NCBI GenBank assembly: GCA_027623015.1
Contig: JAQBVR010000002.1
Span: forward strand, 6,258 to 70,257
Reading direction: 5' to 3'
From: a bacterium
GTDB taxonomy: Bacteria > Patescibacteriota > Gracilibacteria > Peribacterales > Peribacteraceae
DNA length: 64,000 bases
This document shows, piece by piece, positions 37,688 to 46,893 of this stretch (positions within the stretch are counted from its first letter, which is position 1; each line of letters opens with the position of its first letter). The translations under genes and the position numbers were made by a program. The notes under the pieces were generated by a model that was given only the letters and a program-made list of their open reading frames with translations, made no database searches and had not been told where the DNA came from.

Positions 37688-39469
37688 TTATATTAGGAGC
37701 TTCCTTCTTTGAGCAATAGTTTGCAGTGCTCCTATTAGTCCAGTGATCGATACAAATATTCCTCCGAAGCCTACTCCTGTAGGAGGTAGGTTTCTGATCA
37801 CATTCATACTTGATGTCATAACTCTCTCATTAAGAGATACTGTTTCCATACCATCTCCACTTACTGAAACTACATTATTTAGTTCAATGCCATGTGGTAC
37901 AAATGAGGCTACACGAGCTGTGTACTCTACAGACCATTCTTCTCCTGGCGCGAGTACGGGGATAGTCCATCGTAGTGTGTCACCTTGAATCTGTCCGTAT
38001 TCTGAGCCAAGTACTTCCATGTATGCTCTATTCATACGGTCTTGAACTTCTATGTTGTTAAATGCTCGGTTACTGTTGTTCCTCATGTAGATGGTGTAAC
38101 GAACATTATCACCAGGTTGTACTTCTGATCTATCAGCAATTTTTCGCAATGTAAGAGGTGATGTGTTTTTTGCAACTTGCTGTGCGTTTCCTTTTCCTAC
38201 TCTACTTGTAGAGATTCCTGTATTGTCCACAGCTGTTTGCCCTCGAATCTCTACGCTGTTTCGTAGTTTTGCTCCGTATGTTGCATCGCTACGTACTCTT
38301 GCTGTTACAAACAATGTTCGCTGTCCGTGTGGGCTTACAGTCATGCCTTCCCATCGAACATTTTTTCCTGTCCATTGTCCTCCTTCAGATGAATCTACAT
38401 ATTCAGTAAATGAAGGTAGTGCGTTATTTACATCTACTTCAGTTGCAAGCTTATTTGTTCGGTTTTGGATATTGATAGCGTACGTAAGTAGATCGCCAGG
38501 AGTAGCTTGGTCTACACCATCACTAACTGTAACACTGAAGGCTGAGTCTAAAACTCCGGTGTATACCTGTGTAGTATCTTTTGCGTGTCCATCTGCTATA
38601 GATGCTGTTAGCTGTAGTGGGAAGTTATCTGGTGTCTCTCGTTCTACATCTGCAACAATGGTATATTCACGGTATTCGTTGTGTCCTATTTCTTGTTCTA
38701 CCCATTCTAGTACTCTGTGATTCCTTTGTGGCTGGTGACTGGCACTATTAAATACAAGATACGTGGATAACTCAGATCGAAGTCTAAACTTCTGGGCTGG
38801 GCCATTTGGATTTTCTACACGAATGGTGTAGTTCAGTCTTTCATTTGGCTCTGCAAACTTTTTATTATCTGATACAGTAATACGCAAACGAGATTTGTTT
38901 AGAGAAGATTCTTTTACACGAGTAGTGTCTATTGCCTTTTCACCTTCACTTGTAGCCTCTGCTACAATAAGAAGATCTTCTATAGCATGAGGTGTTACGC
39001 TTACGTTTACGTACAGCTTTCGTTCAGTACCTGGATAGACGGTAACATTTCTCCATACAACATAGTCGCCTACTTTGCGTCCTGCATTACTTGCGTCAAT
39101 CAAGTTTGTCTGGTGAGGGACGAAGAAGTGCACATCTACATTTCGTGTGTCTTCTCTTTCTGTTCTTACACCTATTGTGTAGGTAATGTGACCAGACGAC
39201 TCTACAACTTCTAATCCGTCATTGATTCTCAAAAATACTCCACGTCCTGTAGGACCTTCGGATTCGTCATGGAGAGAAAGGCATTGTGTATCTTGTGGGT
39301 AATCGATAAATCCGTCGAAGTCATTGTCGATTCCATCGGCACACTCATTGGACGCTGCGTGTGCTGTCTCAACAGTAAAACTGCTGATGCTTGGCTGTAG
39401 AATAGTTATCAGAAGACCTGATAGAGACAATACAGCAAGGTGCTTTACGCGAGGGAAAATCGTTGTCAT
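37688..39469 (-). CDS. Secreted DUF11-repeat surface protein with an LPXTG-like anchor
   Basis: Signal peptide, CADGIDNDFDGFID motif, about four 'PGD..YTI.V.N' repeats, then LPPTG + TM + RRK. Confidence 0.82.
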   Translation of the reverse strand: MTTIFPRVKHLAVLSLSGLLITILQPSISSFTVETAHAASNECADGIDNDFDGFIDYPQDTQCLSLHDESEGPTGRGVFLRINDGLEVVESSGHITYTIGVRTEREDTRNVDVHFFVPHQTNLIDASNAGRKVGDYVVWRNVTVYPGTERKLYVNVSVTPHAIEDLLIVAEATSEGEKAIDTTRVKESSLNKSRLRITVSDNKKFAEPNERLNYTIRVENPNGPAQKFRLRSELSTYLVFNSASHQPQRNHRVLEWVEQEIGHNEYREYTIVADVERETPDNFPLQLTASIADGHAKDTTQVYTGVLDSAFSVTVSDGVDQATPGDLLTYAINIQNRTNKLATEVDVNNALPSFTEYVDSSEGGQWTGKNVRWEGMTVSPHGQRTLFVTARVRSDATYGAKLRNSVEIRGQTAVDNTGISTSRVGKGNAQQVAKNTSPLTLRKIADRSEVQPGDNVRYTIYMRNNSNRAFNNIEVQDRMNRAYMEVLGSEYGQIQGDTLRWTIPVLAPGEEWSVEYTARVASFVPHGIELNNVVSVSGDGMETVSLNERVMTSSMNVIRNLPPTGVGFGGIFVSITGLIGALQTIAQRRKLLI

Positions 39470-39608
39470 CCGTGAGCTGGGTAGTAAAAAAGGAATATAC
39501 TATAATGTCTTACAATTCTACTGTCAAGTAAGGAAACCACACAATTTTTGGTACTAATCACTCTTTTCTTATCCGAATTTGCACTGTAGTATCCTGTTCA
39601 AGTCATTA

Positions 39609-39686
39609 GGGCGCATAGCTCAGTTGGTTTAGAGCGACTGGTTTACACCCAGTAGGTCGGGGGTTCGATTCCCTCTGCGCCCACCA
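39609..39686 (+). tRNA. tRNA-Val (TAC)
   Basis: Cloverleaf; anticodon arm ACTGG-TTTACAC-CCAGT; encoded CCA. Confidence 0.96.
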
Positions 39687-39822
39687 ACCTCCGCAGGAGG
39701 TTGTCAACCATAGCCTCGTCGAAGCGAGCGAAGGTTGACCTATCCTAATTTGGTCTCCTGTCTACGGTTGGCAGGCCAAACTCTGCGAAGGTTGCCCCCG
39801 TAGCCATTACCACTCTCTCATT

Positions 39823-40038
39823 ATGTCTATCTACACTATTGTCCACAGTATAGTCAGTATCCTTCTTATCATCACTATTGTGCTTCAGCACAGAGCATCT
39901 GGCTTATCTGCAACATTTGGAGGCTCAGGAGAGTCCGTAGTACAACGTAGAGGTGCAGAGAAGGTCATCTACAAGTTCACAATTATTCTAGCCGTTGTGT
40001 TTTTCTCCATGACTATCTTGCAGTGGTACACTTTTTAA
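39823..40038 (+). CDS. secG: Preprotein translocase SecG
   Basis: VLQHRASGLSATFGG...RRGAEK between two TM helices. Confidence 0.92.
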   Translation: MSIYTIVHSIVSILLIITIVLQHRASGLSATFGGSGESVVQRRGAEKVIYKFTIILAVVFFSMTILQWYTF

Positions 40039-40098
40039 CTTGGCGAACTCCGTCTCTACTCTAGATAAGCAACTGCATACGCTATAAACTATCTCGGT

Positions 40099-42294
40099 AT
40101 GTTACGTCTTCTTCGTGCCTTTGTTCGCTTTGAGAGAATCCTACTTGCAGGGCTATTGTTTATTTTTCTGATTACGACAGTGTTCTTTCTTCGTCGATTC
40201 TATCTAGAAAATACGATGGTTGTCGCTGCTGAAGGTGGAACGTATATAGAAGGATCTGTAGGAGAGCTGCAACCTCTTATCCCTTGGTTTACTGTCACAA
40301 ATGATGTGAATCGAGATATCGTATCGCTTGTTTTTAGTGGTCTTCAGAAATACAACCCAGAAACCAAAAGTGTAGAAGATGATCTCGCAGTCCTTGAAGT
40401 GACTGATGATAATATGTTTTATACCGTAACTCTTAAAGAAAATATCTTCTGGCATGACACTACAGAGTCAGACCCACACCCTGTAACAGCAGACGATGTC
40501 GTCTATACATTTACAACTATTCAGGAAGTTGATTTTCCAAATAGCCTCCTTCGTCAGAATTTTCTTGGTGTTACCATAGAAAAACTCTCTGATAGAAAAG
40601 TACGATTTGCTCTCGAGAAGCCATACCGCTTTTTTGCTAGCAATCTAACACTTGGTCTTATTCCTGAGCGTTCATTTATTAGTATTCCCCCATCGAAATT
40701 AGATCAGGCACTAGGTTTTGGATTTCATCCAATAGGATGCGGTCCTTATGCTTTTCGTGGTCTTGTACAAACTGAGCTTAGTACAGAGATCAGTCTCGCT
40801 AGATTCGACAGAACTATAGAGCCTTATTATCACTTAGAAAGTGTTATCTTCCGTATATTTCCTGACTATAGTACTTTGTTAGCTGATATTCGAAATGTTG
40901 ATGGTATACGTCTTGTACCTACAAATGAGCAAGGATATCCCATCATTCCAAAGAGTCTCAAGTCTCTTCACTACACACTTCCTCAATACGTAGCGTTGTT
41001 CTTAAATTTATCTCAGCCTATCTTACAGGATAGAAATCTTCGTCTAGGACTTCAGCTTGGTACTGACAAGCAAAATATTGTTAGTACTATTGGTGAGTCC
41101 ATTATTGTGGATACTCCCCTACTAGAACTAAATACAAATGACTGGCAGTACAAGTACGACTCACAGGCTGCCCAGGGAGCATTCTTTGCTTCTGACTGGC
41201 ATCTTCCTGAAAAGGTTCGCCTTCAGCGTCTCCTTGAACTCTATGATGCTAACTCTGTTGGTCTTCTCCAATTAGAGCCTATCACTCTCCTTGATACTGG
41301 GGCATCACTAATTATAACAGGCTCGCTTCTAGATATATCTTTAGATGCAACAGTTCATGGTATTCAGATCGAGCAATCTACAGAGACAGGTACTTGGATT
41401 GTTGCTCTTCCTACGCATGGTGGTACTGGAAGTATCAATCTTGGGTTCAATGCCATTCGCCTTGAAGATAAAGGAGATACCATAGATTCATTTTATCTTT
41501 GGCGTACTACAAAGAGTCAGGAGTTTAAACGTGCTTCGCAAGAGCAAGATCTTTTGGATCAATTTATAGCATCTCGAAATGGTGATCTTGTAGAAGCGGA
41601 TCAAATTGGTGTTCAGAATCTGTTCCTTGAAAATGGAATGTTGCGCTTGCGTTTATCTACCGACCCCACAGATATCCGCATCAATGATAATGGTGAAAAG
41701 CTTTCTCTCCGCCTTCTCACAAGTAATTCTCCAGCTCATTATCAGGTAATCGCTGAGAACATAAAGGCTCAATGGGAGGAGCTCGGTGTTCATGTAGGAA
41801 TTGAAATACCTGAGACACGAGCTAAATTTGAACAAAAGCTCATAAATCGAGATTATGATATCCTTCTCTTCGGACAGTCATTGCTCGATAACCTAGATAG
41901 TTATCCGTATTGGCACAGTTCTGGTGTACAAGATCTTGAAGGAGAGCGAAGTGAACTTCGCATAGATTCTTACAATCTTTCTCAATACTCTTCTCTTGAG
42001 GCAGATAGTCTTCTCGAAGTGATAAGGGAGACTGGGAGTACTGAAAAGCAAGACCTTGCTCTTTTGGAACTTCGTGAGGTCTTAAAAGAGGAAATACCTG
42101 CTATATTTCTGTACTCACCTCTTTATACGTACGCCTACAATCCAAATCTTCATGGTGCTGTAATTGGTAATCCGTCTTTACATTCAGACAGATTTCTCAC
42201 TTTACATCGCTGGTATATGAAGAAAGATAGAAGCTTTAAAACTGGTAAAAACTGGTTATCTGCTGTTCCTTGGCTGTTTTCTTCTGTTAAATAG
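40099..42294 (+). CDS. ABC transporter substrate-binding protein, family 5, with a large insertion
   Basis: GGTYIEG, VFSGL, WHD..PVTADDV.YT, PIG.GPY, YPYWHSS, PAIFLYSP. Confidence 0.87.
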   Translation: MLRLLRAFVRFERILLAGLLFIFLITTVFFLRRFYLENTMVVAAEGGTYIEGSVGELQPLIPWFTVTNDVNRDIVSLVFSGLQKYNPETKSVEDDLAVLEVTDDNMFYTVTLKENIFWHDTTESDPHPVTADDVVYTFTTIQEVDFPNSLLRQNFLGVTIEKLSDRKVRFALEKPYRFFASNLTLGLIPERSFISIPPSKLDQALGFGFHPIGCGPYAFRGLVQTELSTEISLARFDRTIEPYYHLESVIFRIFPDYSTLLADIRNVDGIRLVPTNEQGYPIIPKSLKSLHYTLPQYVALFLNLSQPILQDRNLRLGLQLGTDKQNIVSTIGESIIVDTPLLELNTNDWQYKYDSQAAQGAFFASDWHLPEKVRLQRLLELYDANSVGLLQLEPITLLDTGASLIITGSLLDISLDATVHGIQIEQSTETGTWIVALPTHGGTGSINLGFNAIRLEDKGDTIDSFYLWRTTKSQEFKRASQEQDLLDQFIASRNGDLVEADQIGVQNLFLENGMLRLRLSTDPTDIRINDNGEKLSLRLLTSNSPAHYQVIAENIKAQWEELGVHVGIEIPETRAKFEQKLINRDYDILLFGQSLLDNLDSYPYWHSSGVQDLEGERSELRIDSYNLSQYSSLEADSLLEVIRETGSTEKQDLALLELREVLKEEIPAIFLYSPLYTYAYNPNLHGAVIGNPSLHSDRFLTLHRWYMKKDRSFKTGKNWLSAVPWLFSSVK

Positions 42295-42332
42295 ACTTTA
42301 CGAACGTTCAAATTTTTAGTGTTGATCGACCA

Positions 42333-42361
42333 TTGACAACAGTTTTGTTGATCTGTAGACT
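42333..42361 (+). promoter_or_regulatory. Sigma70 promoter of rplI
   Basis: TTGACA-N17-TAGACT. Confidence 0.6.
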
Positions 42362-42394
42362 GGCGCGGCTTTCGATTATTACCTTTCAAAACTT

Positions 42395-42841
42395 ATGGAA
42401 GTTCTCCTCCTACAAGATCTACCAGGCATCGGAAAGAAAAACGACCTTCTCGTCGTTGGTGATGGATATGCCATGAACAACTTGCTCCCAAACAGGATGG
42501 CACTCGTTGCTACTCCTACAGTCCGTCGTCGTTATGCAGAACAGATTCGACGTCGTGCAGTTGAAAAGGTTTCTGAGCTAGCTACACAAGCTGACAGTGC
42601 TTCGTCCCTTAAGGGTAAGACTCTTACATTTGAGCGCAAGGCAACGAAGGCTGGAAAGCTTTACGCTGCTATCACTGAGAAGGTTCTCTCTGAAGAGCTC
42701 AAGACTCAACTAACGATGGATATAAAAGCAGATGCTATCGTTATAGGTGAGCCTATCAAGTCTCTTGGCGATTTTGAAGTGAAGATCAAGATGGCTGACG
42801 CAGAGCATGCACTTGCAGTCGCAGTTGTTCAGGAAAAGTAA
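42395..42841 (+). CDS. rplI: 50S ribosomal protein L9
   Basis: MEVLLLQD..GIGK...V.DGYA.N.LLP, GKLY, PIKSLG. Confidence 0.96.
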   Translation: MEVLLLQDLPGIGKKNDLLVVGDGYAMNNLLPNRMALVATPTVRRRYAEQIRRRAVEKVSELATQADSASSLKGKTLTFERKATKAGKLYAAITEKVLSEELKTQLTMDIKADAIVIGEPIKSLGDFEVKIKMADAEHALAVAVVQEK

Positions 42842-42879
42842 TCAACGGAATCGCAAAAGTTTGGTATAATGATTCAGGT

Positions 42880-42956
42880 GGGCCACTAGCTCAGCTGGTT
42901 AGAGCACCAGACTTATAAACTGGCGGTCCTGAGTTCAAGTCTCAGGTGGCCCACCA
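42880..42956 (+). tRNA. tRNA-Ile (TAT anticodon)
   Basis: GGGCCAC acceptor stem, anticodon loop CTTATAA, A31:A39 mismatch, discriminator A73, CCA. Confidence 0.88.
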
Positions 42957-43085
42957 ATTACTTTATGGCTTATGGAAGCCAATTGTAAGTAATCTAAGCT
43001 TGGGAAACACTCAGTCTGCGGAACCTATTCTCATGAGAGTCTATTTAGGCAAGCGTAAAAACCGTGGATCTGCTATAATGTTCTG

Positions 43086-44696
43086 ATGACTGACGAAAAC
43101 AAAAAACTTGAAGATACGACGATAAACATTGATCAGATCGATCAATGTCGGAGCTTTGATGAACTCAGGCAAAGTGCTTTGTTTCGACAGTTCATGAGAA
43201 TATTCTACAGGAAGCATCCAGAACTCTTTTCGTTGGAAAAAGCTGGGGAGGTACTATCGGAAGAAGTACTTGTTGATTTCTTTGCCACTCATCCAAGTAT
43301 TTGGAATGAAGCAGAAAAATTCTGGAAAAATGACATACGGAAGGAAGGCAATAGTCTCGATAGTTTTCAGCTCGCACAAAACATATCGAATCATATTAGA
43401 GAATTGATAGCCCATGCCCTACAACAGGGGGGACTACACTTGGCAGAAGGTGAGGATGCAAGCAAAATTTTTGATTTTGATTCACAAAAAAACAGACCAA
43501 ACAGAGCATGGCAACCAGAGTTTTCGAATCCTGATGATGTTGTAGGAAATGGCATTGCTGAAATGGGATTTGATCTCAGTCCTGCCATTCAAGCAGCCAG
43601 AATTCCCAGAGAAGGTGATGAAGGATACACTGAAGTACCAGATGAATTGTACGAGGCCACGAAGAAATGGCTGGAGAAAACACACAACGGTTGGGAAGTA
43701 CACAATAAAGACATCATCTATATGCGAGATTCTTTGACAGCAGTTCAAGAAGCAGTGAAAGCATTCACGGGTACAAGAATCACAGGCACCTTCAGAAAAA
43801 AAGAGGAGAGGGGTAACGTTGTAACGTGTACGCCTACCTACGGCGGACTCTTACATCACCCAAAAAAGGTATTTGGCACAGACACCAAAACGATCCCTTT
43901 GATAAACAGCGGAGAGCAACTCATCATTGATACAAATGCGCTGCAAATTACTCTGCAAAAGGGCGATGTATTTATTCTCTGCAATCCCCAAAATCCAGGC
44001 GGGCATGTCTACAGTAGATCTGAATTATTGGAGATCAAAAAAATATGTAAACAGAAAGAAGTAAAAATAATCATCGATGAGCTCCATGACGGCCTCGTCT
44101 TCGATGATAATTTTGTCTCAATGGGAAGCCTGTACGAGGGAGAAGAAAATCCAACGGCTACACTTCTTTCGACGGGTAAGTCATTTAACCTGAGTGATCA
44201 GCCTTGTCACATGATGGTGATACCAGATAAGGATATGCGTCAGGCATTTAACCGCAATCGTATTCAAGCATTAACGCCGACAGCCATTCCAAATCGAGCC
44301 GCCATTGCTGCATTTGAACAGAGTGATGAGTGGCGAATAGAACTTCTACATTATCTGCATGGAAATGCCGATTACCTTTACGATCGAATCAAAGCAATGC
44401 CCGGACTGAAAATGGTCAAACCACAAGCAACATACCTCGCGTGGATTGATGCACGAGAGGCCGGACTTGAGGAGGCTATAAAGAAAGAATTTACAGAAGA
44501 TGACCCGACACAGAGAGGACCGGCTGACTATTTTGAAAAAGTCGCAAATGTTGCAGTTTTAAACGGTAGTAATTTTGATACCAGTGGAGCAAGCAACATG
44601 TTCTTCCGTCTCAATTTTGCAGTGCCACGATCAGAACTTAGGGAGATGCTCGATAGAATTGAACGAGCACTGCCCAAAGGCAGGAGAGGCGCTTGA
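43086..44696 (+). CDS. PatB/MalY-type PLP-dependent C-S lyase/aminotransferase with an N-terminal extension
   Basis: IAEMGF, LCNPQNP.G, DELH, STGKSFNL (PLP lysine), ATYLAWID, RLNFA.PRS. Confidence 0.88.
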   Translation: MTDENKKLEDTTINIDQIDQCRSFDELRQSALFRQFMRIFYRKHPELFSLEKAGEVLSEEVLVDFFATHPSIWNEAEKFWKNDIRKEGNSLDSFQLAQNISNHIRELIAHALQQGGLHLAEGEDASKIFDFDSQKNRPNRAWQPEFSNPDDVVGNGIAEMGFDLSPAIQAARIPREGDEGYTEVPDELYEATKKWLEKTHNGWEVHNKDIIYMRDSLTAVQEAVKAFTGTRITGTFRKKEERGNVVTCTPTYGGLLHHPKKVFGTDTKTIPLINSGEQLIIDTNALQITLQKGDVFILCNPQNPGGHVYSRSELLEIKKICKQKEVKIIIDELHDGLVFDDNFVSMGSLYEGEENPTATLLSTGKSFNLSDQPCHMMVIPDKDMRQAFNRNRIQALTPTAIPNRAAIAAFEQSDEWRIELLHYLHGNADYLYDRIKAMPGLKMVKPQATYLAWIDAREAGLEEAIKKEFTEDDPTQRGPADYFEKVANVAVLNGSNFDTSGASNMFFRLNFAVPRSELREMLDRIERALPKGRRGA

Positions 44697-44838
44697 TTCA
44701 ACATAAATATTCGGCAGTTCAGATAACAGCCAAACCTCGGAGCCATCACGCCATCCTCAACCCCCGCAGCCTCTTCAGCACGTCGTTCCCTTTCAGGAAC
44801 TGATAAATCTCCCTCAGTTCAGAAAGCAGCTTCCATGT

Positions 44839-44913
44839 CCCACCAAGTGTTGTATGGCTTACAGAAGACATCTTACAAATTTTGAGTTCGGAAAACACCC
44901 AGCCTGTGGATCC
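44839..44913 (+). repeat. Diverged direct repeat of 42950-43025 (tRNA 3' end plus att arm)
   Basis: CCCACCA-N7-TATGGCTTA...GGAAAACACCCAGCCTGTGGATCC here versus CCCACCA-N7-TATGGCTTA...GGGAAACACTCAGTCTGCGGAACC at the tRNA. Confidence 0.75.
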
Positions 44914-44994
44914 AAATGAATCAATTAAAAGCAAACATAATGTAAACTCTGGATATGAAAAAACTCTCTAATCTTTTTATAGCTGGTTTTCTTG

Positions 44995-45066
44995 TCACTT
45001 TTCCTTTGAGATGAGTGGTGCTACCTTTATAATTTCTGGCCGAGTACCAACGATAAAAGAAAGCAT
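44995..45066 (-). pseudogene. wecB: Truncated UDP-N-acetylglucosamine 2-epimerase (WecB/NeuC) N-terminus
   Basis: Manual translation MLSFIVGTRPEIIKVAPLISKEK* carries the GTRPE.IK signature. The ATG directly abuts the upstream TAA. Confidence 0.8.
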
Positions 45067-46881
45067 TTATTGGGTGGGTCTGCGCATAAGAGTGTTGTAA
45101 CGCCCGATATTCGCACGCAGTTCTTCCTGTTCTTTTTCTTCGGAGCCTGAGTGCGACGGGAGATTGATGCTGTAACTTCCGCAGGAAAGAACGGGGATAA
45201 TCTTTGCACCCTTCGTGAGTCCCACCGCCCCAAAGTACGTATCTTCCATGCCCCATCCTCTAAACTCCTCCGAGAAGCCCCCGATCTTTTCAAACATATC
45301 TTTCGTGACGGAGACGAAATACGTAGCGTACATCGAAGGCAAATCGTAGGGGCCTATGCGCCTCCCATAGCCGTACTTGCGGAAATTATCCGTGTCCTTG
45401 AGAATTTCTACTGTCACATCAAATGGATAATCCGAACCGGGTGATCCTGCGGGGATCGTTTCTGATGTGCGAAACTCATTGAACGTCTCAGGTTTCGGTA
45501 AAGGCTCCTGTCGCTCATAGTACGGGTGCAAATCTTTCTTCACGTCAGCAGGAAAAACGTTAGCGACGAGCGACGTGTACAGTTGATCGGGCGCTAGCTG
45601 GTTGCGTACTGCGTGTTCTCGCAGGGAATTGCCAGACAGCAGATTATCCGCATCCAGGAAAACCAAAATATCGTGTGAGGCATTATTTGCACCGATATTC
45701 CTTGCCGAAGACCTGCCACCGTTTTGCGGGCAGGTGATGAGCTTCAAGCGGAACCGATACTGTTTCCCCTCAAGCATCTCTTTGATGTCATCCTTCGACC
45801 CATCATCAACCACAATGACTTCAACATTCTTCATTTCCTCTTCCGAGAGATTCTGAAGTTCGATGGATTGTAGCACATCCATGATGGTGCTGGCCGAGCG
45901 ATAATACGGAACGACGACAGAGACCGGATAAAACGGCGTACCCTGCTCCATAGTCTCAGTATCATCAAGTTCTCTTCCTGTCCGCTTACGAAAATTCCTG
46001 CCTATCTCTGAGTAATCATTGGATGTCGAATTCACTTGCCCTTGAATGGAATCGGCGGACACGCGCATCCTTTCTTCCAAAAATGTTCTCGCCCGTTCGA
46101 GAATGGAGAGCCACTTGGGCACATCAATGCCCGAAAGATCAAAAGAATGTACTCGCCCGTAATCATCTTTGTACTCCTTTTCAATCTTAGCCTTATAGAC
46201 ATCCCAACACTGGAAGTACAATTCCTCGGGTAAGACAGCCTCACCACTTTCCTGAAGCGCCTTGATCTGCAGTAGCAGGAGCAACGTAATATCCTGACCG
46301 CAGAAAACTACGAGTTCTTTCTCGTGCCCCGCATGGGCATCGGCCAGTAACTTCTCCAGAAACGTATATTGTCGAATCAAAAAGTCTGCTTCTGACTCAC
46401 CAATCGAATCGAATTTTCCAATCAGTTTTGTTTCTTTTTTTGAGCCCGTCCACGGATCGCCAAATCGGTAGCCAATATTCTTGTCTCCGAATGTAGCTTC
46501 ACAAAATGTATCCCATGCATCATCCAATGCCTGCAAGCGATCACCGTCTTTGAAATCAGGAGGCACAGAGGGCCGACCCTGATTAAAATGCGTCAAATCA
46601 TCCTCGGGGCTGATGGTGGTGGTGATACGCTCCGAAAGCGCGGCACCGACTCTCCTAGCCGATTCTGCTGTACGCTGTAGACTGGGAGAGTAAAGGATTT
46701 TCACACAATCGTGTCGTGTGCTCTCCACAGCATCTAGGAGTGTGGTGACAATTTCCGCTTCGCGTTGTTCATTGATTCCATCATTCACCAATGGACTATC
46801 CAGAGCATGCGTTTTTAGGGCATCGACATCTTGCAGATGTCGGAATCCCAGAACCGTGCGAGGAAGTGTCTTGTCAGACAT
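45067..46881 (-). CDS. Histidine-phosphatase-like domain fused to a GT2 glycosyltransferase
   Basis: N-terminal FRH and YSPSLQRTAESA. C-terminal SVVVPYY, VVDDGS, SARNIG, FLDAD, GGFSEEFRGWGMED. Confidence 0.8.
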   Translation of the reverse strand: MSDKTLPRTVLGFRHLQDVDALKTHALDSPLVNDGINEQREAEIVTTLLDAVESTRHDCVKILYSPSLQRTAESARRVGAALSERITTTISPEDDLTHFNQGRPSVPPDFKDGDRLQALDDAWDTFCEATFGDKNIGYRFGDPWTGSKKETKLIGKFDSIGESEADFLIRQYTFLEKLLADAHAGHEKELVVFCGQDITLLLLLQIKALQESGEAVLPEELYFQCWDVYKAKIEKEYKDDYGRVHSFDLSGIDVPKWLSILERARTFLEERMRVSADSIQGQVNSTSNDYSEIGRNFRKRTGRELDDTETMEQGTPFYPVSVVVPYYRSASTIMDVLQSIELQNLSEEEMKNVEVIVVDDGSKDDIKEMLEGKQYRFRLKLITCPQNGGRSSARNIGANNASHDILVFLDADNLLSGNSLREHAVRNQLAPDQLYTSLVANVFPADVKKDLHPYYERQEPLPKPETFNEFRTSETIPAGSPGSDYPFDVTVEILKDTDNFRKYGYGRRIGPYDLPSMYATYFVSVTKDMFEKIGGFSEEFRGWGMEDTYFGAVGLTKGAKIIPVLSCGSYSINLPSHSGSEEKEQEELRANIGRYNTLMRRPTQ

Positions 46882-46893
46882 AACGCAAAATGA

